From positions 12,772,001 to 12,836,000 of the forward strand of contig NC_043012.1 in the NCBI RefSeq assembly GCF_006345805.1: a stretch of DNA of 64,000 nucleotides. The letters are read 5' to 3'. The stretch comes from Octopus sinensis (taxonomy: Eukaryota). Below, piece after piece: positions 25,930 through 38,353 of the stretch. The notes under the pieces were generated by a model. That model ran no database searches. It was given only the letters and a program-made list of their open reading frames with translations, and was not told the DNA's origin. Each line of letters opens with the position of its first letter. The stretch's first letter is position 1. Made by a program: the position numbers and the translations under genes.

Positions 25930-26430
25930 CATTGCTGACTGAAATCTTTTCACACCAAAGTATTGATCTCAGAGTCTCCAGACTCATGCTCAAACATTGT
26001 CAAGAACTACAGTAAATCTGAACTCATCAGAGATACAACAGTGTTCCAGAATGCTAATGGCCTCTCCACTATCTCACTGGCCCAATCTTTTCTCTGCTTG
26101 ATGTTGATTGGTCGAAGATGTGTCTGCCTTCTTGCTGCTCTGCCATATTAATCAAGTTTGTAGAGATACCTGAAAGCTGTACTGGGACAGGCATCAACTT
26201 GTTCTGCTATGTCAAAGGTCTTTGAACGCGGATTATCCTCCACACTTCTCTTAACAAAGAGAAGGATCTTGTCAATTGCACAATCACACTTTTAACTGTA
26301 AACATCAGGATCTCAAAGTTTTCTGCGATTTTACGCTGACTATGTCGACCTTCAGAATGACCCACTAGGCAGCATTTCTGACATTCATAGTTTCAAGGGT
26401 TCTTTTGTAGATGGCATTTTTTGAACCTGA
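25930..26430 (-). pseudogene. Tc1-like transposase fragment (HTH to first catalytic D)
   Basis: SQRKIAENF, FVKRSVEDNPR..DIAEQVD..PSTAFRYL.KL.*YGRAARR...LRPINIKQRKDWA, FWNTV..SDE.RF. Confidence 0.8.
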
Positions 26431-26541
26431 AACATAAAAATGTCAATTAATAAAATATGTTAGAATTAACATAAAACAATGTTTATGGGGTATCTATTTA
26501 CTAATACATATATATATAAGGTATATGAATATATTTATATA

Positions 26542-26586
<45 letters not shown>

Positions 26587-27479
26587 ATATACATATATAT
26601 ATATACATATATATATACATATATATATAATGTACCTACATATATAAAATTACGCGTATATGTAACGATTTATATATAGGCTGTGACAGGAATATGAGAT
26701 AGAGCAATATGCAGACTGTTGAAGACCAATATTCAGACAAAAGAATGCTTCAATAATTCTACTAATAGTTTCAACTTAAGAAAGTAGTTTCTGGTATAAC
26801 CTTTGAATTACACTATTTACTATCTGAAAAATATATATAAAAAACAATGAAAAATATAGCAACCTGTACGATTTATCAATGATCTAATTTACATGTTTTA
26901 CGCTCTTGAGGAATCATTTCATACAGATACACGTAAAAACATGTACAATCAACGACAATATTAAAACGTTTAATAACTGTGGTGATGACGGGAATGAGGA
27001 TGTGGATGAAAATAGAAGCTATTGCAGTACAAAGAATGTAATATTAAAAATAACTGTTCGAAAATTCATTGTCACTTCTACAAATATATATTTTTTACTA
27101 CAGCTACAAGTTCTTGAGCTTTTAAGAGCTGGGTAATTAATTACATCGTTTTACAATGACTATTCAGTACTTATTTTATATCGAACCTGACGCAATCCGA
27201 TTCAATGGAATTAGAAGGAATTACTCAGGTTTTGGCCCGGCGAAGGAAGGTTTCTGTCAATTCATCTCCTTCAGCTTGATAAATATATAAATATATGTTC
27301 ATAATGTTAATACATATAACAAAATGTTAAAAAAAAACATAGACAAAATGTCAAAATACACCTTTACGTTGTTCACTAATATGTAAATAGCTATTAAATA
27401 GTAGTTCAGCAACCTACAGACAGTCCGTATACGTTAACCACAAGGCTAATAAATGTGTATGCACGTATATATGTATGGT

Positions 27480-27539
27480 GTTTGTATATCTTTATGGCTG
27501 TCTGTATATATATATATATATATATAAATACTTATATAT

Positions 27540-27588
<49 letters not shown>

Positions 27589-27685
27589 CATATATATATA
27601 TACATATATATACATATATGTATATATGTATATATATGTATATATATACATAATATACATATATATATATATACATATATATATA
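27480..27685. repeat. Interrupted (TA)n/(TACA) microsatellite
   Basis: Direct reading. Confidence 0.95.
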
Positions 27686-29267
27686 GTGGTTTTACTCTTT
27701 ATCATATATTAAACTTTGATAGTTATATCTAAAAAATGAATAAATAAATAAATAAATATATAAATTAATTAAATAATATATATATATATATATTTATATA
27801 CATATATATACACACACATATATAGCTAGATAGATGTATTTACATAGAAATACGCATATATTGTATTCATATAACTTTTTATTTCTCAACATCTACCTAT
27901 CTATTAATATATATGTGTGTGTATGTGTGTGTATGTGTGTGTATAGGTAGATAGATAGATATGTATACATTCACTCCCCTCACACATACAAATGTGCATA
28001 TTAATGCAAGCATTCATGCTCACACGTATATGTACACATCTATATTTATGAACGTGTGCATCCGTATCTACACTTGTCGTATATATCAAGACAAAGCTTG
28101 TTCCAGCGTAATGATAAATCTCTGATCGTATTAAATTTGAATTCTTAATTGTCTGCACTTTGGTATTTACTTTAACGTTTCACAGATAATAATTCCTCGT
28201 TGGTTGCTCCAATAATGTGTTAAAAATATAATGATTTACATATAAACTTCCAAATGGTTGCCAAGCAATCGCATTAGGCTACTGTGCTGAAAGAGACATC
28301 AAAACAAATCTTGCAATGCATTAAAATATACTGAAGTGTATGTGGTTAGACAGTCTGGAAAGAACTCTACGTCAACTAGGTAATTTTGTGTTGTATATTC
28401 TAAGGTACATTTTTGTCGCTGGCAATGTGGAACTACCAAAATACATTGGTGGTGTTTAGAGCCTCATCTGACAACGGTGCACGCAAAGTGACGAAATCGT
28501 CCGTCACGCTAGGGTCTAGAGCACGCACAGTGCGGATACAGACCTGTGTCGCGAATCGATGTATGTGACTATCATTGGAGTGAGTGAAAATAGACCCGTC
28601 ATATTCCTTTGGAAGGGAAATGCAGCAAATGTGTTACATTGAATTATGTTGCGTAATGACTCATCTGAAAGCTAGGACGACAAGGATTAAGGAACGGCTT
28701 GAAGAGATTGTTAAGCGAAGGCGGTAAAGCTGAATTCAAGATTGTTTCAAGGAAGTATAAGACTGAGAGCACTTATGAATTTGAATATTCATAGTAAATA
28801 TTTCTAAGCACGCATAAAGGAAGTTGGTGAGAAATCTTATGCTTTAAAAAGATTTACAGGAAAATCCGCAAGTTTTTTTTCTGATTAAAACATCCTTCTT
28901 CCTTGCATTTTTTACTTTTTGCGGAGAAATTTTACTTCGTGTAGTACATATTTGTTAGCAGTTGGCATTTTGATAATTTTAGTTTACTGCCTTCTTATTT
29001 ATTGTTCTACATTGTTATTGCTGACCGGAACTCTTTGGATAGTGTCTTGACGGCCATTAACAGACCGTGGATATCGCTTCAGCAGTAAAACGCTGAGAGG
29101 TATTTACAGATCCACCCTTATAATTACTTGCCGTAAAAAGGAAAATTTTAAAGAAAATCATTCGAAGGAAAGGACAATTTTAAGATTAAATAAATACACT
29201 TCGTTTTTGCCTGTTCGCTAGCAAATACGAATGGTGGAAGGTAGTTCTAAAGGTGAAACTACCGTTC

Positions 29268-29435
29268 GCGTTCAATATTTCCCAACATTATTCCGCCGAG
29301 GTCGACTTAACCTTTCATCCATTCGGGCTCGATCAACTAAGTATCAGATGCGTACTGGGGTCGGTCTAATCGACTGAACCTTTTCACCAAAATTTCGGGC
29401 TTTGTGCCTAGAGTAGAAAAAAATATTTCCCACCA
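29268..29435 (+). mobile_element. SINE 3' portion
   Basis: ttccgccgaggtcgactt..cctttcatcc..ctggggtcg.tctaatcgact..aaatttcgggctttgtgcctagagtagaaa. Confidence 0.8.
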
Positions 29436-31261
29436 TTCTAAAAACCTTGTAGTATTTAATGATACTAGCGTCAGTATTAGTAGTAACAGAAATATAAACA
29501 AAAGCAGTAACAACAACGACAGCAGTAGCATCAAAGTTAACAACGGGAAGAACAAAAGCTGTCAAACAACGTAGCACATAAGATCACTAGCAGGGAAAAA
29601 ATATTGGCACCACTGCTACAGCACTCTAGCATTAAATAGCAATATCACAAAGGACGTCATTACCAATTCTCAGCTAGTAAAAAAACGATAGCCGCTACAA
29701 GAAGAAAAGTTACAACAGCACTGAAATCACAGGGATGACCATCTCTTCACTGATAATTCTAATGCCTTTTATTTAGTACAACTGGACGAAAAACAATGAC
29801 ACTTGAAGTAGGCAGACCAACACAACGCAAAACATGAGAACGAAGAAACTTTTCATTCAATATACTGAAATCACTTCTAGCGCAAATTAAACGAAAGCAC
29901 ATACTGTAAATAGGAAAGTATTGTAGTTCGCTTGAAGCATTGTGCATTGTTTGTGAAAAATGACGTATCTTGAATGGCGTAATGCAGAATGGACTATAAT
30001 AACTGTTATAATTTGATTATTCACTGTCTGATATAATATTTCAGTATATGAAAATTCTTTCTTTAAACATATCGCTAGGAATTGATCGAGTCACTGCTGT
30101 AATCGGTTTCCCAACGGTTACTGATTTTTTTTTTCGGAACTGTCTCTACAGAAAGCGTATGGTGTGATCAACTTGTCCTCTGTCATGGATGCGTGCAAGT
30201 TCATTTCTAGCGTATTCTATTTTGGCACCGAGTGGAAAGGCTGGATTTTAGTGAACAGACATATCCCTACTGGCTGCATTCCCGTATAACTCGGTGTGAA
30301 TCTCCTTAGAGAGATTTAGTATAGCCGAATATTGCTTAGAGTAGATTCAAACATTGTGTATTACTTTAGACAGGTAGTAATTGATGATCACATTAAGACT
30401 TCACGTCATTGGAACACTCACTCACATATTCTACTTCAATGAATATTTTATTTCTTTTCGGAAAACTAGATACTTGTCACCCTTGCCAGTGGAGATCTTT
30501 CAGATCACGTATGGGTTTGTGAGTTTCTGTATGTGCATATATGAGAATATATGTGTGAGGTTAGCTATCAATTAAACAATCTGTCTCCAGTTAAATGCAT
30601 AGGTTGATATATGTGTGGGTGTGTGTGATAGTTAGGGAGTATATGGACAGCAGTAAAACCAATCATAGTGCTGTATTTCTCTCTTGTCAAATACAATATA
30701 GAGATATACTGCAGCCAAGATATGTAAGTCCATGAAAAGAAACTTAATATCCTGAATAATGGAATACCGTATTATGAAACAATTACAGATATTTACGTAT
30801 TTGCTCTGGTTGTGTTGTAGAATTTTCTCTTACTTTATTCATTGTATTTTGGCGTACATTATTACATTCATAAACATACTGCTCTCTAAATAATACTCCG
30901 ACATGTCGAGCAGGTCCAGTAAACCAAAAATGCGTTTCAACATAAAAACAACTTAGGCTATTGTACTTGAAGAACTTTGTACTTCATAAACAGGACTTAG
31001 ATAAGTAGTTACTAGCAGAAATCTTAGGCAAAAGATTGTGCTGAAAACACACATCAACTTAACAACTCCGCCATATGACAGCACATTCGGAATAAAAAAA
31101 GTCATTATTGATCATAATACTCCAAGTTTAAATAATTACTGTGCTCAAATACCTTGTGCAAATTACTTTCTGCTTACAAAACTATTTGTACACTGAATGG
31201 TTGCACATATAGCCACTTGCGATCGTTTCGAAATAATTTTTGTGCGGCTCATCCCTCATGA

Positions 31262-32123
31262 TATACGAGATGTGATCAATAAGAATCTGCACTGTTGCCA
31301 TAGTAATGAAGCGTGAAGCCGCTTTGCACAGATTAACGTTAAACACTGATGTGCATGCGCAGTAAGTGTTAGTGTTCTTGCTCACTTACCCTGTTTATAG
31401 CAATACTTGGAAGGAAGGTGTGTAACGTGCTATCGTCGCACTGAGCATGACAGAAAAAGTTGTCAAGGTGATATCTGCTTAGAGGCCGACTCAAAGTTGC
31501 AGAAAGTGTAGGAAGAGTGTATAAACCGCACGCAAGTGTACAAGTGGGTCAGATGTTTCCAAGGTGGTCGAAAAATATGTCGATATTGACGAACGTTCTG
31601 GGAGGCTCGCAACCAGCAGAACTGAGAAAGACATTGCAGATTTACGTGCAGAAGTGAGAGGGAATTGTTGAATTACCATTCATGAATTATGAAAGGATAT
31701 GCAGATTACTTCAGCCCATTATCACTGAAGATTTAGGGTCCGAAACACATGTCTGCCAATTTTGTGCTAAAACTGCTTTCAGCTGACCCAAAAGACGGTC
31801 GAATTTCAGTTGTTCAAGATATCCTTGATTATGTCGAGGACGATAAAAACATTTTGAAACTTTTGCGTAGGATTCCAGCAGGTATCGCCAAGCCTTTGGC
31901 AAAATTTGGTGCAGGAAATCTACTGAAATTATTCTGTTATGGTCAATGCGACGATTACATGCTACCAAGCATTGCAGTTAACAGCGGAAGTGAACTAAAA
32001 CGTAAAAACTCAGTGCATCTGTACAGCAGAATTCAAGGTCAACTTGTGCCTAGCGACTTCATTCTGCGAACTCTAGCTCCTTTACGATAGCAACAATCCG
32101 GATACTTATCGATCAGTCCACAT
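31262..32123 (+). mobile_element. Mariner-derived non-autonomous element built from two opposed 5' ends
   Basis: TIRs tacgagatgtgatcaataagaatctgcactg and caatccggatacttatcgatcagtccacata. Transposase N-terminus VYKWV..F..GR..V..DERSGR..HMSANFVLKLL. The right ~250 bp is a diverged inverted copy of the left end. Confidence 0.8.
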
Positions 32124-32709
32124 ATAAGACACTTTCTGTTTAATTTTTGTCTCTTCGACAATACCCTTCACGGATGAAATAACTACTTTTTCTGAAAACC
32201 TATTTAAAAGAAACACATGGAAAACGAATTAATTTTAGGATGCTAATAAAATGAATTTATCACAACTAATTTCAACTAGAAATATTATTGAAAGAACATC
32301 TGTTATATTTTCATAATAAAAAAAAAAGTGATTTATTTTTTGAGAAATCTATTACATTTGTTTTGACGAATTAATTTTCTTAAAGTATTTTGAAACACAT
32401 CCTTTTACAAGACTTTTCTTCAAAAATAATGTTTTGTGTGTTTATGAGACGATATCTATTATATTATCTTCTATATTATTTGCCTCAGGCAAAATAACTT
32501 ATTTAGTTACGGTTTTGTTTTCTATGTTAATCTAATTTATTTGTTGTTTCTTGTTTTGTTAAATAAATAGCAATAAATTCTGGTGTTTATATGATATAGA
32601 GTGTAGAGAAATTAATGATAATAATATCTCAGTCTACGGCACACTCGTGGCACATATCAAACAGATGAAACTAGTAATATGAACAAAATATCGCCCACCA
32701 GATGCTCCA

Positions 32710-34120
32710 AATCATGGGGATTCATTTGAAGTGAGCCTCCAGGAATGAAGTATTAACCAAAATGGATGACAGCCTGCACATACTTCTTTTAGGGGATTTC
32801 AACCTCCCTTATGTCAAATGGCCTAAGGACCACATTCTCTCAGGGATGTCACTGCATGGCCTGAGGGATGCAGAATCTCTGCTTCACCTCATTAACATGC
32901 TATTTATGGAGCAAATAGTACTCCACCCACGATGAAAAAATGTCCTGGACCTCTGTTTCGCAAACAATACGGCGCTCATCCGTAATGTTAGGGCAATACG
33001 GGCGATTTTCCCTAACCAGAAATTAATAGAACTAGAAATGTATGTTCCGCAGAGGACTACAGATATGGATGCTACAAGGAGCACCCAACACCTCTCCAAC
33101 TTGAACTTTCACAGAGCTGATTGCAAGGATATCGAGACAGTGGTCATGGAACATAGTCTGCCAGTCTCTAATGAAGATATTGACCTAAAGTTACAACACT
33201 TTATGACAATCATGCGTGATATCAGCAGTAAGATTGCTCCAGAAAGAATGCCTAGCCGGCAGAAAAATATAACGCCCAGTGATAAGAAGATTCTAATGAG
33301 ACAACGGGTAAAAATCGCAAATCGTCTAAACAGAGAACTAAAGGATACGAAACGATCCTACCTCAGCTGAATATTGGACGGGATTGAAATGAACTCAAAC
33401 GCTCCCATGGAAACGAGGTGGCAGAGAAAAAGGTCAGGGCTGTCAATAATATTAAGACAAACCCTAAAGCCTTCAATAGAAATGCAAAAGAATCTGATTC
33501 ACTATAGCTCAAAATGGAGTCACTACTTGGAGAAAATGGCTCACTGACTGCAGGTCCCCAGTGGGTCGGTGAAATACTGAAAGTGCAGTACAAGCGGGCC
33601 TTCACCAGCCCACTGGAACACTTGCAAATAGCGATGCCTGATGAGGTCTCAGCAACAGGCTCTGATGTATGCCCACCAATACTTCTAAAGAAATGCAAAA
33701 GGGCTTTAGGTAGACCACTTCAGATGCTTTTCCAGATATTTCTCACCACAGGGAGACTTCCCAAAATGGTAAAGGAAGGCATTATATGCCCTGTCTATAA
33801 GGGAGGTAGCAGAACAGATGCTAAGGATCATAGACCTGTCTCTCTAACTTCCCATGTCAGCAAAGTTTGGGATCGCATTGTGAAGAAAAAGCTTGAAGAT
33901 AATGACTTGCTTCCCGACACCCAGCATGACTTTCGCTCACGGAGAAGCTGCCTTACACAGTAGCAATGACTGGGTGTTGAAAAAAGTAATGAATCGCTCA
34001 AAAGTAGATGTGATATATGTTGACTTTGCAAAGGCTTTTAATAAGGTTGATCATGGGATGATATGTCAGAAACTATGGTGACTCAGCATAACTGGAAATA
34101 TTGGAGAGTGGTCACATGAC
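32710..34120 (+). mobile_element. CR1-clade LINE fragment (end of APE to RT start)
   Basis: LLGDFNLPYVKW, NVLDLCFANN, HRPVSLTSHVSKV, QH.FRSRRSCLTQ, VDVIYVDFAKAFNKVDHG. Confidence 0.9.
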
Positions 34121-36147
34121 ATAAGCATAAAGAATAAAGTTGTATACTTTGGTTCTTTTATCTCAGTAATATTATTATGTTCGCCCCTCGCAAAATCCTT
34201 CAGATCTTTTACAATGTAATCTACCTTTCGAATAATATATTTCAAATACGTACAGCAGTCCTGTATGGAGTTTTCTCAAGTCCATGTGACAATATTTCTT
34301 TAAAGTAATTTATTTGGCTTATACTATTTAAAGTGCTTGTAAAGTGCTTGTAATGTAAATTGTGCAAATGATTATTTTAAAGCATAATGCCCTCAAAACA
34401 ACACTTGCAAAAACCGTGAAAACCTTATCATTTACGTGAATATTATTAAAATGAACACAATAGATTGTTCTTATGAGTGCTCCAATGCCTTTTATTGGAT
34501 TTATCCTTTCCTAACTTGCATCACAAATCCTCAGATTTTTCAGATGTGCAACCTTATATTGTGTGGCTGACAGGTTCCCTGCGTCACCATGAACTTTGTG
34601 TAGTATTACTGACTGTATGTTATATAAACACAACAGTATTTTTATAGAGTACGAGCTTGAATGTTGAACAATGTAGAATTATTACACGCCTGCAGGTGGA
34701 AAAAACATTTATATCTGAGCATGGAGAAAAATTCCTAAATTGAGGGGAAAATAGTATTATCCAGCTATTTACGTGTCAATATCCTTGAATAAAAAGATTG
34801 ATCTTAGGAACTATTTTGAAGCTCGATCATCAACCCTTTCACCCAACGTGCGTAGAAATCCTGTGACAGGTAGTGACACATTTGTTACTTGATCAAACAG
34901 CACTTAACCAAACTACTTTCAATATATTTGAGAAAGCACGCACGTCCAACAGTGAAATACACAATTATATTTTTTCACTCGTCATTTATCAAGCTATTTT
35001 GACATCGTGGTAATTCAATTTGGTAAATTTCATTTCCGAATCATGCCTAGACATTTCTTGCAGCTCAATGTTAACAACCTCGCCAAGATCTGCAATTGTT
35101 ATTTCCCCAACAGTGTTCTATATCTATTTAAATTTAAACATGGTCGCAGTTCTTTTGCGTTTCATGCTGTCACTGTACTGACTGAATATATATATATATA
35201 TTAATTTTAATTTTAATTCATTCTTTTCTTTTGAATTCAATAAAACAATAAATTTATTTTATAATACTTCATTGAAATATTTACAAATGCATAAAATATA
35301 TCTTTCTAACATCGGTATTTAATCACTAAAACTTTTGCAAAACAAGGAACAGAGGCGGTGATTTGATGTAAATTAATATGAAACGGTAATATTTGATGAG
35401 CTAATAGCAATTAATTTCCTAGTCAATCAAAGTGTTTGCCGAGGATTTACTTTAAAACGTATTATTTATAGTTACTAATTATAATTACACTAGTAACATT
35501 TTGAGCACACAGTTTACTTTAAATACCATTTGCAAAAGACATGTTTATACGCACACTTGAAAAACCCCGGGACGACTCTATGGCTTCCTTCGCGTCAAAA
35601 TATTTGCATATTTGAATTGAAATTCTTGAGAATATCTGTCCATGCCGGAATTTTTTTATTAATAAAGTCATATTTATATTTTTTCGTAAAAATAATCTGA
35701 TCTAGGGTTCTCTGACTGAAGGCACAGATTCGGTTAACAAAAAAATCATAATAAACATGAATAGGTCCATTGTATATTTCGATGTAATATTTAAGCAGTT
35801 TGGTTTAAGCTTATCTATTACCACTAATATAACTATCGTCAAACGACATATGTTGCCCTACCTTTAAATACATTCACGAATTACTTTATTTAGAAACGAG
35901 TGAAAGACCTATATGCACCCAACATAATTATGAATATTATCGCCGGTATATGTAGGAGGTTTTCCAGTCTATCTGCAAGAATGGTTAGTAAGGACCTATA
36001 ATTACCAGGCAGTATGTAAAAGCTGTTTCAGTATCAATGACAATCACATTGATGTAAATCCCCCCCCATAACTTCAACAAAGCCACAAACACATGACGGG
36101 GCATTAGAAAAGCCGTCCGATGTCGCTGGTACGAGACAATCAGGTAA

Positions 36148-36588
36148 AAGCCGAAGTAGTGGCCGTGTGGTAAGTAGCTTGATTACCAGCCACATGGTTC
36201 CGGGTTCAGTCCCACTGCGTGGCACCTTGGACAAGTGTCTTCTACTATAGCCTAGAGCCGAACAAAGCCTTGTGAGTGGATTTGGTAGACGGAACCTGAA
36301 AGAAGCCCGTCGTATATATATGTATATATATGTATGTATGTATGTGTGTGTGTGTGCGTGTGTGTGTATGTGTGTATGTCTGTGTCTGTCCCCCCAACAT
36401 CACTTGACAACCGATGCTAGTGTGTTTACTTCCCCGCTACTTAGCGGTTCGGCAAAAGAGATCGATAGAATAAGTACTATGTTTACAAAGGATAAGTCCT
36501 GTGGTCTGTTTGCTAGACTAAAGGCGGTACTCCAGCATGGCCACAGTCAAATGACTGAAACAAGTAAAAGAGTAAAAGAGTAAAGAGC
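36148..36588 (+). mobile_element. Full-length composite tRNA-derived SINE with internal microsatellite
   Basis: A-box-like tggccgtgtgg, B-box-like ggttcagtccc, central TA/TG tract and a (aaagagt)n tail. Confidence 0.88.
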
Positions 36589-36977
36589 ATAAGTCCCTAA
36601 TTCGCATTTAAGTTTTTAATAGAAGTGTATCCAAAAGGTCTTCAATTTTTATGTCATACGGTTAAAATTAAAAACAAAATATTTTTTGAAAAGGGTTTTT
36701 GGAATTTTTATTTCATAGCTCACCGTTTGAATGAAATATAAATTTAGTTTCGCGCTCTGGGAAAAGACAATCCGCGTCTTATTGATATAAATACCCGAGG
36801 GAGGCCTCCACAGACAATGGAAGCATACGCAAGATTCCTGGATATTGTAAATAATATTTCATATCTTTTGAATTTGGAAATGTTCCCAAAAATGTACATG
36901 TGACACGCAGAAACCTATGTTGCAATGCTTTAATAAAGTCAAAAAATCCCCATGCAAAAGTCTTTTTTCTCTATTAC

Positions 36978-37008
<31 letters not shown>

Positions 37009-37026
37009 GCATATATATATATATAT

Positions 37027-37095
<69 letters not shown>

Positions 37096-37293
37096 ATATA
37101 TTATATATATATATATAGGGACATAGGGACGGTATTATTGAAATACCATCACGATTGACAAGCGAATTATCAGCCATACAGGTAAATTAATAAAATATGT
37201 ACATACATACACAAGGGTACTATTTCTATCTTTCGCAATATAGATACTCATGTAGTACCCTTGCGTATATATGTACATATCTAATATTGCATG

Positions 37294-37334
<41 letters not shown>

Positions 37335-37618
37335 CAACAATTGAGGGTAAAATTAATTAATTATTAATCAATTTCACCAAGTATTCAGTATGTAAAGGGA
37401 CCATTTAAGGCGAATTCAAATTATTACATTATATAAAAGGGCTTAGTAAAATAAATTACTTGCCACATACTGAACTCATTAGAAATAGCAGCTAAAAAAA
37501 ACTTTTTTAAAAACTATTTCTAATACTTAAAGAAAATCTCTCTCATATAGTGTTTGCTCAATTCAACTCACGAAAGTATGGGGGTAAAGACATAAAAAAA
37601 TCAAATGCAAAGGTTATT

Positions 37619-37670
37619 TGAGAACGTACGTTTCAAGATCAGTCAACTCGACATTTCTATCATCAGCTCA
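37619..37670 (-). ncRNA. Type I hammerhead-like motif (left arm)
   Basis: Reverse complement of 38048-38099. Confidence 0.55.
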
Positions 37671-38047
37671 GAACTCCTTAGTTTGGATTTGAAAACACTG
37701 AAAGTGGGAGCATACCCTTTCGGCTTCTTATCGCTTCTGAAGATCTGCTCGAAACTAACAGTGCCAGCAAACCCAAAATATGCAAGCGAAGAATTTCTGC
37801 TCTCCCCTTTCCACCAGCGTGGGTTAAAATCAGCAAACACTATGCTTTTTCGGTAAAATCCGAAGCATTAAATTATAATTTCAACAATTGAGAACCCACG
37901 CTGGTGGAAAGGGGAGAGCAGAAATTCTTCGCTTGCATATTTTGGGTTTGCTGGCACTGTTAGTTTCGAGCAGATCTTCAGAAGCGATATGAAGCCGAAA
38001 GGGTATGCTCCCACTTTCAGTGTTTTCAAATCCAAACTAAGGAGTTC

Positions 38048-38099
38048 TGAGCTGATGATAGAAATGTCGAGTTGACTGATCTTGAAACGTACGTTCTCA
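38048..38099 (+). ncRNA. Type I hammerhead-like motif (right arm)
   Basis: TGAG, CTGATGA core, imperfect stem II (AGA..GTC-GAGTT-GAC..TCT), GAAA, palindromic ACGTACGT stem III, T17 (38095), CTCA. The 10.1/11.1 pair is U.U (non-canonical). Confidence 0.55.
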
Positions 38100-38289
38100 A
38101 ATAACCTTTGCATTTGATTTTTTAATGTCTTTACCCCCATACTTTCGTGAGTTGAATTGAGCAAACACTATATGAGAGAGATTTTCTTTAAGTATTAGAA
38201 ATAGTTTTAAAAAAAGTTTTTTTTACCTGCTATTTCTAATGAGTTCAGTATGTGGCAAAGTAATTTATTTTACTAAGCCCTTTTATATA

Positions 38290-38353
<64 letters not shown>

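Larger units (their letters stand above)
37328..38291. mobile_element. Palindromic Penelope-like non-coding element in (TA)n: 547-bp unit with 18-bp terminal redundancy plus ~398-bp inverted copy
   Basis: Arms 37428-37825 and 37893-38291 are near-identical reverse complements; ataatttcaacaattgag occurs at 37328 and 37875. Confidence 0.75.

Noticed and set aside
37605-38164. Mirror-image 83-aa and 98-aa ORFs
   Set aside because: By-products of the palindrome; no RT or GIY-YIG motifs.
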